Source: the human T2T-CHM13v2.0 reference genome, Homo sapiens
DNA: 64,000 nt
Assembly: GCF_009914755.1 (NCBI RefSeq)
Contig: NC_060935.1
Direction: 5' to 3' (one strand)
Shown here: positions 33,809 to 47,600 of the stretch, piece by piece
Numbering within the stretch: position 1 is the stretch's first letter
How the letters are laid out: each line of letters begins with the position of its first letter
Position numbers and translations under genes: made by a program
The notes under the pieces: generated by a model
What the model was told of the DNA's origin: nothing
Databases searched by the model: none
The model's input: the letters and a program-made list of their open reading frames with translations, nothing else

Positions 33809-34276
33809 AAATTCCTATTCTGGCCCAAAGATTCAGTGAAAACTTCTGTGTAAAATAAATTTTTCCACCTAAAGCAATGAGGTGTAGAATTTACCGTATT
33901 AATAGGAGAGAGCACTCACACTTACAAGTGCATTGTACAAAATCCTGTCTGTCCATGATGTGCAAATTTTGTTCCTGCATGGGATAATTAAGTGGGAATC
34001 ACACACCCACATATTTCCAGAATTCCATCCAATAAATTCACAAACACTTGAAAATCACAATACATATTTTAGGTAATGGGCCATAAGAGATTATTTTAAT
34101 TGTAAGAAAATGTACAAAAATGTTTTGCATTTTACATATCTTCTACTTAATAGCAATAAAATGAAGTGACACTAAAGTAGAAAAAAGCCTGAAAAGTATG
34201 ATTTCTTTGTATCAACAGTGAAGGGCTGGCTCCCCTGTATATGGAGTTCCCGAACAGTCAGGTTTCTTAATCCTTG

Positions 34277-36521
34277 TCATCTGTGGCCAGTGTAAAAGAA
34301 AGACCTGACAGGAAAATTTAAGGAGCCAGCTGGGTAATTCCATATGAGGGAATTCTTGGTGACATTCAAAAAACTCACACTTCCACTTTCAAAATCAAGA
34401 AACACACCAACTCGGCCCAGAGGTTTCTCTACATAGTGAGGAAACATTGGGGAGGTGGTCAAGAGACTGAAATGATTATCCACCTTCACACATAAAAGAA
34501 GAAATATGTCCTTAGATTTAAACATTGTGCTATTCTTCCTTATCCAGGAGTCCTTACAGACTCCCAGAGCCCAGTCCCAAGAGTTGTCCACATCCAGCTC
34601 CCAGTAGTGTTTGCCAGAGGAGAAGACCCAGGCTCCCCATGCAGCAAAATAGTCAGATCTGTCAGAATTCAAAGATCCACGTCTAAACATCAAACTTCTC
34701 ACATCCTCAAACAGCCCGATATTGTAATTGGTTCCTTCCCAAGTGAAGGAAATTTCCACTGTAGAAAAAAGAGAACGTTCCAGTGAAAAGCAGTTTATAA
34801 ATTCTTATGTTCAGATAAGAAAGAGATTCTCACTAGAAAACACAGGTCAAGATTACAAAGTAACTTCTGCCTGGAAAAATGTTGGAATCAAAGGGTGTTA
34901 GGATATCTGCACAAGTAAATGGCTCAACTTCAATGATCGCAATTTCTATAAACTCAAAAAGCATAAAGGGGAGGAAGGTCATGTCTATGTCTAGTTAGCG
35001 ACCTTTCATAACAACTGAAAAACTGGAACCTCTTGCACTGCAGCCAAGTCCATAGCAATAAAATTAACCTCCATTGCCTCTTCTCTGTCAGGGCAGAGCA
35101 GGAGGCTGGGGACAGGAGATGAGGTGGGGAGCCATTCTTAGACCCAAATAAAAAAGTTATCGCTTTCCAGAAATATTATAATCTGCCACTTAAACTAGAA
35201 AATTCATACTTAAAGAGAAAATCTGAATCTGCCTTCTGAAAAGTGCAGATTCCTTGCCAGAATTATCTGACTTTCATGCCAGATTCAGGCACAGACTTCT
35301 TTTATCTGCTGGATTTATCATGATCTATCCTGGAGTTCTATCTAAGGCCTCATCAACCACCAAATCACTTTCTTATTGTTCACAGATTCTCAGTGTTTGC
35401 ATTGTTATATAAGTTACTCATGTATGCTTTAGTTGATTAAAATGCACGTGATTAAAATTATAAATGCTATGAAACTTCACCTGAAATGTATTTAAAAAAA
35501 CACTGTCACTCAAATCAGTCATTAACTGCACTGAATTTGAAATTGAAACGTCCTGAATTAATTCAGTTCTGTATACTTCATGTAATAATTGTATACATGA
35601 AATTGTATCACGATTGAACCATACATGAATGGTTCTACGTCCTAAAAAGCCCTTCTGCGTGTTTTACTTTTCCAAGAAATTTGTTATATGGCTGATTCCA
35701 CCATCTTTTATTTAGTTTTGTCTGTTTGAGGATAGTGAAACTATAAATATAAATACCTATTCACAGACTATTCTCTTGTTCTAGATGAAAAATCGTTACA
35801 CTGGGAAGGCTGCCCATAGAAAACCATAACTGAAGGCATTGCATGTTGATCCCACCAAGAGGGCCACACTCACCTCGGAAGTGGTTGAGCCTGTCCACCG
35901 GTCCTGTGATGGGCCCTGTAGGGAACTCTGGATTCACAGGCTGGGGCATGTGCAGCAGCACGGACTCACTCCTGCAAGGAAGTAGGTTGAGTTGGTTAAG
36001 TTTCTGATGTTTGTGTTTAAGAAATAGATTCCAACAGAAAATGCTTCATTCAAACCACTTCTGATATTGTAATGTACCTCCACAATCCTAGGATGGGTTT
36101 GTGGCCCTTAGGGAATCTTTCTAACTCTTCACTCCGTTTCTAACCTACTGCCACTGAAAGATAAATGCCTCTCTCCCTATTTGCCACCAAATAGTTGATC
36201 TCTAATTATGATTCTGAATCCTAAAAAGAGGCAATTGTATTCTAGCAACTTCTGCATTGAACTCTTCAAAACAGAAACCCCTGAGTCACTTGGAAAAGTA
36301 AGAAAAGTTTAATGTCTGATAAGAGGCATAGGTAACATTCAACATACCACACAAACACATAAGTACACACACTTACACACACAATCACATTGACACATTA
36401 TGGTGTTAGTAAATTATGTTTTCCCTTTGTTGGAAACAACTTGATGTTTTTCACAGCACGCCTTGTGCTCCAGCTTGCATTGATGGCCATTAACATACCT
36501 TGCCACCATGTCTCCCAAATC
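34277..36521 (-). pseudogene. TRIM43-like gene, 3' fragment only: exons 36499-36521 (23 bp), 35874-35971 (98 bp), 34277-34758 (B30.2/SPRY)
   Basis: Peptides DLGDMVAR / [20 protein letters not shown] / VEISF...[25 protein letters not shown]...[18 protein letters not shown]...FFYTGHR resemble TRIM43. Splice sites are canonical GT-AG. No RING, B-box or coiled-coil exons seen upstream. Confidence 0.88.
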
Positions 36522-36524
36522 CTG

Positions 36525-36552
<28 letters not shown>
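36525..36552. repeat. (GA)n microsatellite forming the polypyrimidine tract of the 23-bp exon
   Basis: Directly visible; reads (TC)n ccag| on the minus strand. Confidence 0.9.
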
Positions 36553-36555
<3 letters not shown>

Positions 36556-36585
36556 CGACTCCTTTAGAAAGTTGTTATTCTTGTT

Positions 36586-36897
36586 GGGTGAGGTGGCTCA
36601 CACCTGTAATCCCACCACTTTGGGAGGCCAAGGTGGGTGGATCACCTGAGGTCAGGATTTCCAGACTAGCCTGGACAACATGGCAAATCCCCATCCCTAC
36701 TAAAAAATGCAAAAAAATTAGCCAGGTGTGGTGGTGCATGCTTTTAGTCCCAGCTACTAGGGAGGATGAGGCAGGAGAATAGCTTGAACTAAGGAGGCAG
36801 AAGTTGCAGTGAGCTGAGATTGGGCCACTGGACTTCAGCCTGGTTGACAGAAGACTCTGTCTCAAAACAAACAAACAAAGAATCAAAGAAACAAACA
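36586..36897 (+). mobile_element. AluS element
   Basis: Full dimer; TSD-like aagttgttattct on both sides. Confidence 0.92.
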
Positions 36898-38262
36898 AGT
36901 TGTTATTCTGCGCATCTGCTCTTTAGGTTTTGAAAACTTTAGAATTACCACATACTATCACTGCAACACTTTTAAAATGTATTCTCATCTCTTACACTTA
37001 TACCAGTAAGACCTATTGACAGAATCTATTTCTGACAAAGTAATGATGGCAGGGCTTCATCTGAATGCATTTATTCTACCGTTCATGGAGAGGAGTGTCA
37101 TGCCATGTTAGACACATGAGAACATTCTCTGCCTAGTTACCAGTAGCTCTAGATCTTCCTGCAGTTATGGAAACCCATGCTACAGATTCTGGAGAAGCAA
37201 TTCAGACCTCGTGCAGACAAGAGTTCTTCGAGAACCACCTTGGCTATGCAAAGACTCTCAGGCCCAGCAACAGTCTGAGCTGGATGAGAGATAGAGCAAA
37301 GGTCCCAGGAGCAGCAGAAGCTGTAAGGGAGGGAAAAGGGAAGGAAGAAACCCTAGATTTCAGGATATCCCCTTTACATCTGTGAGAATATCAGCACGCA
37401 CAAGGCCACCATTCCTTTGTCTGACTCCTCTTGGATCCAGGAGTTTTCCTGGGTTAAGCCATCCAGGGACAGGACACGAGATGCCATTTGGCTCTAGGAG
37501 CACAGGAGAGAAACTCAGCAGGAAGAGTGTCTCTATGGGAGGAAAATTCAGTTGAGCACGTTTGTAGGGTCACAGGGCTGGATATGGGTAGAGTCCAGTG
37601 TACATGTTTAGAAGCCACAGTTCCCCCAGATCTTCTGATTCTAACAAGTACACAGAGCCAATCAAATGAAGGAGGGGTGGGTCAAGGGAGTTCAGGGACA
37701 AGGAGAATGAGGGATGATTAGTTGCAGGAGGATGCCGTCGAGGTCAATAGGCAGACATTCTCCCCTCCTCTGATACTGAGAAACAAGTAATGAAGCTTAA
37801 AAGTGTTGCTTGTGCTCTGTGCCAAAGGCAGCAGAGCACTTGTCTCTGGTCTCCATATACACTTGACATATTTACCTTCAGTATTCTGAGTAAGATTTTG
37901 ATTCATTTCACACGGAATAACACTCACCTACCATGCTTAAATTACCGTACATATTGTGAGACTTTATTGATCATAAATAAGTTACTCTCAACCTTGAGAT
38001 CTGGCTTCAATTTTCTGTATTCTCATTCTTTCTCCTTTATATCAGAAGCTTCATAATAGACAATGGGGGCAAATATGGTGTGGAGAAATAATCAGTTTAT
38101 ATTTAGATATTTTTAATGTAGTTATCACTTCCTAAAAAGCTAGGAAAAAGCTGAAATAGATGAAATAGCCACGCACCTTCGTTTCTAGCCTCCTTTAGGT
38201 ATCTGCCCAAATATATTCTATACTATGTCTTTTCTGACCATAGTATTAAAAATTCAATTTTG

Positions 38263-38588
<326 letters not shown>

Positions 38589-38660
38589 CTATGATTCTTT
38601 ATTTTCCTTTCCTGCTGTATTTTTCTCTAAAGCACTTATCACAATGCGTCACTCTATCAA

Positions 38661-38950
38661 TTTTTTTTTTCTTTTCGAAACAGGGTCTTGTTCTGTCATC
38701 CAGGCTTAAGCGTGGTGCAATACCAGCTCAATGCAACCTTGACTTCCCAGGTTCAAGCAATCCTCTCACCTAAGCCAGTGTCTGAGAATACAGGGACATG
38801 CCACAACCCAAGCTAATTTTGTTTCTTTTCTTAGAGAAAAGAGCTCTCACTTTGTTGGTGAGGCTGGTCTTGAACTGCTAAGCACAAGTGATCCTCCTAC
38901 TTCAGAATCCTGAAGTGCTGGTATTACAGGCCACAGCCACTGTGCCAGCT
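38661..38950 (-). mobile_element. AluJ element (diverged)
   Basis: Reverse Alu: acagggtcttgttctgtc...aagtgatcctcctac. Confidence 0.85.
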
Positions 38951-39653
38951 TCACTTTTTCAATGTTGTATTTTGACTTGTTGTCTTGTGTTTCTCACCCT
39001 GCAACCTCATTAGCTCTTTAGGTGCAAGAAAATCCGTCTCATTTGTTCATTTCTGCATTGGCTTAGAATGTTTCTTAAGACACAGTAGGCACTTGATATT
39101 TTGAAGAAAAAAGTATTGTAAGTACTATCCTTAAGGATATCACCTTTAAAGAATCAAAATGACTTATCAATAATTAAGCTCATGATATCTCTTTCTTTCA
39201 CACAGAGCCAATTTCTTTCTTAGTGCTTAGGAGTGTCTTTAATATTATTTGTTTTACTTTTCCATCAGGAAATCTTTACTTCTTTCAGAATGTATATGTA
39301 ATTTCATTTCATCTCTTCTCTTCATAGTATTCATTTTATGTTTGAATCAGTAAATGATCCATACAGATTCTTCAGCCATGCATGTAGGTCCCATCTTGAA
39401 CTACCCTATGCTACCTTTTCTGCTACATCTCTAAGCACTGCCTCTCTCATTATGGAAGTGTTAATCACATATGTGAATTATGTGGAAATCCAATAGTACA
39501 ATGGTTTATCTAGTATATAGTTTCCAGCACCCCCGCCCCAATTTACCTGCCTGAAATTCCAAGAAATTTCCTATTAAATTTTTTTATGTAATGTAGTTTA
39601 ATTTTATTTAGAAAATCGGAGAATATAGTTTTAAAGCTTTTGACCTATATTTA

Positions 39654-40102
39654 CTGTTGACCCTTGAATAACACTGGTTGGAACTCTGTGAGTCACTTAT
39701 AATTGGAGTTTCTTCTGCTTCTGACACCCCTGGGACAGCAAGACCAACCCCTCCTCTTTCTCCTCCTTCTCTGATTACTCAACATGAAAATGATGAGGAT
39801 GAAAACCCTTATAATGATCCACTTCCACTAATTATATTTAGTTTTCCATTAATGAATATTAAATATATTTTCTTTTTATTTTCTTAATATTTTCTTTCCT
39901 TTAGCTAACTTTATTGTAAAAATACTGTATACACATAACATATAAAATATGCGTTAATCAACTGTGAATATTATCATTAAGGCTTCTAGTCAACAGTAGG
40001 CTATTGATAGCTAAGTTTTGAGGAAGACAAACATTATATGCTGATTTCTGACTACATGGGATCTTGACACCCCAACCACCATGGTGTTCAAGGGTCAACT
40101 CT
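39654..40102 (+). mobile_element. Tigger4-type DNA transposon with terminal inverted repeats
   Basis: Begins gttgacccttgaa and ends ttcaagggtcaac (TIRs); internal gacagcaagaccaacccctcctct. Confidence 0.85.
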
Positions 40103-40647
40103 AGGTTTATTAAATATTATTCAAATAATCTGAGAATCTCTTTGTGAACATTCAAAGACTTTATCTTTCTGTGAAACCCTGTGTTTATCTTATGCACTAA
40201 TTATGGCATTCCATAGTGATAGTGTATTTTACCATGCTTATTGATATTTTATATCATTTCCCAGGAAATAAAATTTTTTTAGCTGAATATTTTGATATTA
40301 GCAAGAAATCCTAATAAGAAGTTTGCTTCCATGTTGAAATGATTAGATGGAACCCTTGTGCTATTGTTCTGCTGCTCACAGTAGCATAACAATTGACACC
40401 TTGGTTGTGCCCATTGCTCTATCTGGTACACTGAAGCATACGCTCTCCATGGATTTCTGATAATATTGTGAATTCTATTAATCTTTTTGAAAGTAATAGC
40501 TATATATTGCTAAAGTGTCCAAGAACTGTCACAAAGTTCTATATTTTGTCATAGTATTTTCATTTCTTGAATTATTTCTTAAGAAAAAGTCTCCAATTTG
40601 GAACAGAAAAACTGGTTTGAAAAAGACTTGAAGTCTAAAATGATAAT

Positions 40648-41048
<401 letters not shown>

Positions 41049-41289
41049 TCATTAGGAAATAGTCATAAAATAGACTATAAGACATAAAATAGCCATAAAA
41101 TAGACTATAAGAAAATCAGGCTGATACAACTAATTCTATCAACCATTATATATACAATTATGTGAAACGCAATTGAGTTCCTTGCTATACTTTTTTAAAC
41201 AACAGAGTTACACAGCACGGATGTGTTGGTAATCCCAGTTAATGTTTTATCTTTGAACATATTCAGACAAATAACGGCTAGGCACATAA

Positions 41290-41635
<346 letters not shown>

Positions 41636-41665
41636 GTTAGCAAGTGATAATATTTAATGAAATAA

Positions 41666-41986
<321 letters not shown>

Positions 41987-42096
41987 CTACTTAAAATATT
42001 GCTTTGAATAAACTGTGTTAAGTCAACTTTCTTGCGTCTCATTCCAAACTTGTCTGTTGAGCTTTGAGCCCTCAAGTCTGGTTTTCAATACTTTAT

Positions 42097-42330
42097 AAAC
42101 CTAATCAGCCAATTTATCCCTTTCTATGCAATCCAATCCATCTCAGGAAGTGGGTGTGGTCTTCCGTGGGCCCATACACTTTAAAAGGATGCTTGTCCAG
42201 AGATTTCTCCCTCCTTCAGTGAGGACCCACTGGATTTGTGACTGCTGGGCTTTGAAGAGCCAGGAGTGACTTCTAATCTGGATATCTACAGAGCTTCTAG
42301 ACTGAGACCATTCATAGTAGCCTTGTGAGT
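42097..42330 (+). promoter_or_regulatory. Candidate TRIM64-like promoter and non-coding exon 1
   Basis: DUX4-like AAACCTAATCA 42097-42107 (one mismatch); CCAAT 42109; CAATCCAATCC 42129-42139; GGGTGTGG (KLF/GT box) 42152-42159; TATA-like TTTAAAA 42180-42186; donor ctt|GTGAGT at 42325. The coding exon has an acceptor 4 nt before the ATG, so an upstream exon is needed. Confidence 0.6.
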
Positions 42331-42781
42331 ATAAAATTTGCAGTAAACCCATCATGCTCACTTTTTCTCTTCAAAATACTTTAAATTTACCTGGCAGCAT
42401 GCTTGGGTCTTTTCTAAGCAAACAAGTAACTGTCTTAGTGATTTTACAGAAAATCGATATAAAGTATCTTCAATTTGTAAGGTATGGTTTGTGTTCCCTT
42501 GCTATTTGATTCCTTTGATGTGACTGTTTTCTGTATTGTTAGATTTTTCTTAAGTGTGAAAAGATATATTTCCATAGTTTCATGCAATGATAGAACCCAT
42601 AAAATACCTAAAATGTTCACTAGAATGTGGGCATGTAGTAATGGTTGTAACGTACGCCAAAGGAAATGTTAAAAATGTTGAATTACTTTGAAAATTCTTG
42701 TTGCAAAGGTCTTATTTGCTGTCTCTTCAAAATTTGCAGTTTGCAGACTAGATGTGAAAGCTGTTGAAAATAGATTTAATC

Positions 42782-43114
<333 letters not shown>

Positions 43115-43854
43115 TCAATAGACCTAACCAACTGGCAAGGGCTTCCCAGAGGCTACAACTTCCAAGTCACTAAGGGGAAAGGTGAATTGGTGGCCATGCT
43201 TCCATTAACTGTATTTCTGGATTTTCTAGTGTAGAGTGGAAAACCTAATACATATCTTCACTTTTTTTGTTGTTATTTTAGAAGATAATTAACAGTTGAT
43301 TAATTCTTGTTAATTATTATAGTTGAAATATTGGCTATTTCAGAATGTGAAAGTGTTCTCTCTAATCATCTGAATTGGCAATGGGAAAAAACTTTCCTAA
43401 ATTAAAAATAATAGATATTAATTACATTTAATGTATTGAAAGGAAGAGTTTTGATATTAAAGTTAAAAGGACAAATTTAATGGTTGATAATTTTAGGAGT
43501 TGACGGTCCACTCTGATTACTCAATCTTAGATAAAAGCTACTTTATTTATAATTGTCTGAGCAAACTTCACAGGTGAGTTTGGAGGCAGGGAGTATAGAA
43601 TAATACCATAGATACTAAGTGTCTTTCATATATTATCATCATGGAATTATTGAGAGAGATAGAATGACAGAGACAGGATGACATTCAGAATGTGCTTCTT
43701 CATCAATTAGCTTATATAAGTGACTCAGAAATCATCCCAGCTTTTACCCTCCGCCCAGGCTTTAAGCTTGTCTAGGTAACTGGGAATGACTGAGAGCACG
43801 GCTTGTTTAACAAAAATGCCATGAGGACTCTCGTCTCATTTTATCATTTGAATC

Positions 43855-44485
<631 letters not shown>

Positions 44486-44665
44486 AAATCCAGCATGTTT
44501 GCATTTACTATGTCTCAGTTTGTACTGGAGCTAACTTATTCGACATGTTGGACAGAGCTCAAGTAGACAAAGAAAATTGTCCACCGGCCTTTTTTTCCTT
44601 TTCATCGGGGCAAATAAAAATAAGAGAAAGAAATTCTCACTTTTTTTTTTTTAATTTTCAGAAAC

Positions 44666-47600
44666 ATGGATTCTGATGCCCTGCGAGTCTTCCAGAATGA
44701 GCTCATTTGCTGCATTTGCGTGAACTACTTCATAGACCGGTCACCATTGACTGTGGGCACAGCTTTTGCAGGCCCTGCCTCTGCCTCTGCTCAGAAGAAG
44801 GCAGAGCACCAATGCGCTGCCCTTCGTGCAGAAAAACCTCAGAGAAGCCCAACTTCAACACCAATGTGGTACTCAAAAAGCTGTCTTCCCTAGCCAGACA
44901 GACCAGACCTCAGAACATCAACAGCTCAGACAATATCTGTGTGCTCCATGCGGAGACTAAGGAGCTCTTCTGTGAGGCTGACAAGAGATTGCTCTGTGGG
45001 CCCTGCTCTGAGTCACCAGAGCACATGGCTCACAGCCACACCCAATAGGATGGGCTGCTGAGGAATGCAGGGTACGTGATGCCTCTAAGGCAGTTTGAAT
45101 TATACAGAATCCCAAATAAGAATGATGAGGGCCTGTGATAATGATGGTGATGAGAATGCAGATGATGGAGGTGGTGATTATTCCATGTCAATCATAACAC
45201 ATGAATGTGTCCTTTCAATGTTGCTGGCTAATTTGGCACTCTAATCATAGCTGTGTTGAGACTTCGCTAAAGGAGGTTTCCTTAAAAACATTGTTCAAAC
45301 ATATAGAATGGAGCTGTGGAGCTGGTGGCCAGCACCAAGAACACTTTTCAAAGTCAGGTTATGTAAAAGCCAGTTTCTCAGAAAATTGATGATATTATCT
45401 GAAGGGTCCCTTAAAACTCTCTATTATGTTTCTATCACTTTTCACATCCAAATTATTAGAATCATATTCGTTTAACTTGGAAAAATCTGACCGCTTCACT
45501 CTAACTTAATTTATGTTTCTTTCAATTACAGCCTTTTTTTTTATTGATAAGGGGATGAAATCTACTGTCTTCATCATTGCTAAGCTTCTTGCTTCTTTTG
45601 CAGGAGAAACTTATAAAGGAAATGGACTATTTATGGAAAATCAATCAAGAGACACGAAACAATCTAAATCAGGAAACTAGCAAATTTTGTTCATTAGTGG
45701 TAAGAATGAAAATGTTTCCTTTGTTTTTACGCAAATAAACACAAAGTTGGCTTATACTTTTTAGCTAAATTCAAACTACCAGTTAAAAGATAGTGATTTC
45801 ATCTCAAGAAAATGTAGTGATTTCAATTGATATAACAGGAATTGCAAACAGAGAAGCCCACACAAGCTAGCCAAATTAATTCTAGTGTATTGGATAAACG
45901 GCATGATGTGTATTCTAGTTCAAATTTGAAGGTTGGCATAAACCTTTTCAGACACTGCAGATGAGACAACATTTCACTAAGATTGGGTGTGAGGAAGATG
46001 AAAGAAATAGAATAGTATATAGAGTAAAAATATAGTAAAAGTAAAAAAAAACTGCATAATATGGTGTATGGCTAAATGTTTTTTAACATGTAGGCGAAGC
46101 AGACATGGAAAAATCCTAAAAGAGAGATTAATAGAGGAAACAATTGACCCAGTAAGAACTGTGAAGAAGCGTCACAGTGACGGAAACCAGGAGTCTTTAT
46201 ATAGGTTTGATTTAAAAAGGGAGAGAGAATAGGAACATTGAAAAAGATGGACAGAAAAAGATAGCAAATATTCAAGACTCTTTGCAAGAGTGAGGCAGAA
46301 AGTTTATAAATTGCTTAATTACACGCTGCATATAATTATTTGAAGTTTTCTATTGAGAGTGAGAATATGTAATCCTTTTAACCAAACATCTCTGCAGGAC
46401 TATGTGTCATTAAGGAAGAGGATAATCACTATTCAGTATCAAAAGATGCATCTATTTCTCAATGAGGAGGAGCAACTGCATCTGCAGGCACTGGAAAGAG
46501 AAGCAAAAGAGCTTTTCCAACAACTACAAGACAGTCAAGTGAGAATGACCCAACATTTAGAAAGGATGAAAGACATGTACAGAGAGCTGTGGGAGACATG
46601 CCACATGCCTGACGTGGAGCTGCTCCAGGTGAGGAGGGAGGGTCCATCCTCAGAGACAGGAAGCCTTTGCTGAACAACGCTGCCAGGACATGCAAATATC
46701 ACCTGCGTATGTCACTGCTCTAAGCTAAGTGACACATGCTGTCTGACTTCCACCATTACATTTTTCCAGTCATTTATTACTGCATACTTTAGTAATCTTT
46801 GGGAAATTTTTGCCAATTTAGTAGATAACATATAACACAGTTCTCTTCAATATAATTTGGAGTACTATCCACAAGAGAGATCATCTAAGATCATTAGAAC
46901 TCTAGGCCAGGGGAAGGTTAGTAATATCCATGTATATGCCCTAGTTCCTCCTCACTCTCTAATGTCCCACACAGCAGTGATTTGCTGAAGACATTGAGGG
47001 GTTTCCCCTTGCCTGGGCAAGGTTTGTCAAAGCTGCTCATCAATGTCCATGTACTCTGTTTCTCATATGGTTCTCTGTTTTAATAGTTGTCATGTGTGGT
47101 CAGAGCTTTCCTTGGAAATAAGGTTAGGAAATTAATGACACTGGAAACCTAGATATCTTTGCTTTACTCCATCTTCTCTTGCTGAGCTCCTTTCTTCTTA
47201 ATGCCCACTGATGAAGCTTTTCATTGTTTAGTTGAGGTTCTGTTATTAACATAGCCTTGAATGATTCCTTAGAGGGAAATAAAAAGATATACATTATTAA
47301 AACACTAAAACAGAAAGAAACAAGAGTATGAGAAAAGATGCAGAAGGAAAAATCTCTCATAATTAACATTATATATATATTTTTTTGCAGCATGTGGGAA
47401 ATGTATCGGCAAGGTGAGTTTACACTAAAAAAAAATGCTATTTCTGAAAAATTTGTTCTCTTGTGAATGAAGGGGATGTATACATTTTGAGGTACTGACA
47501 TCATTCTCAGTGCCTATTTCCGATTTTGTTTCAAAAGAGGGCCTGAGGTCTTCTTCTCTTTGGTCTGGAAAGTTTCCATCTTACAATTTGTATGAATTAA

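Noticed and set aside
44707-45048. Compensated RING/B-box mini-protein
   Set aside because: It starts at a non-ATG codon, lacks the first RING cysteine pair, and the two -1 shifts do not restore the frame.
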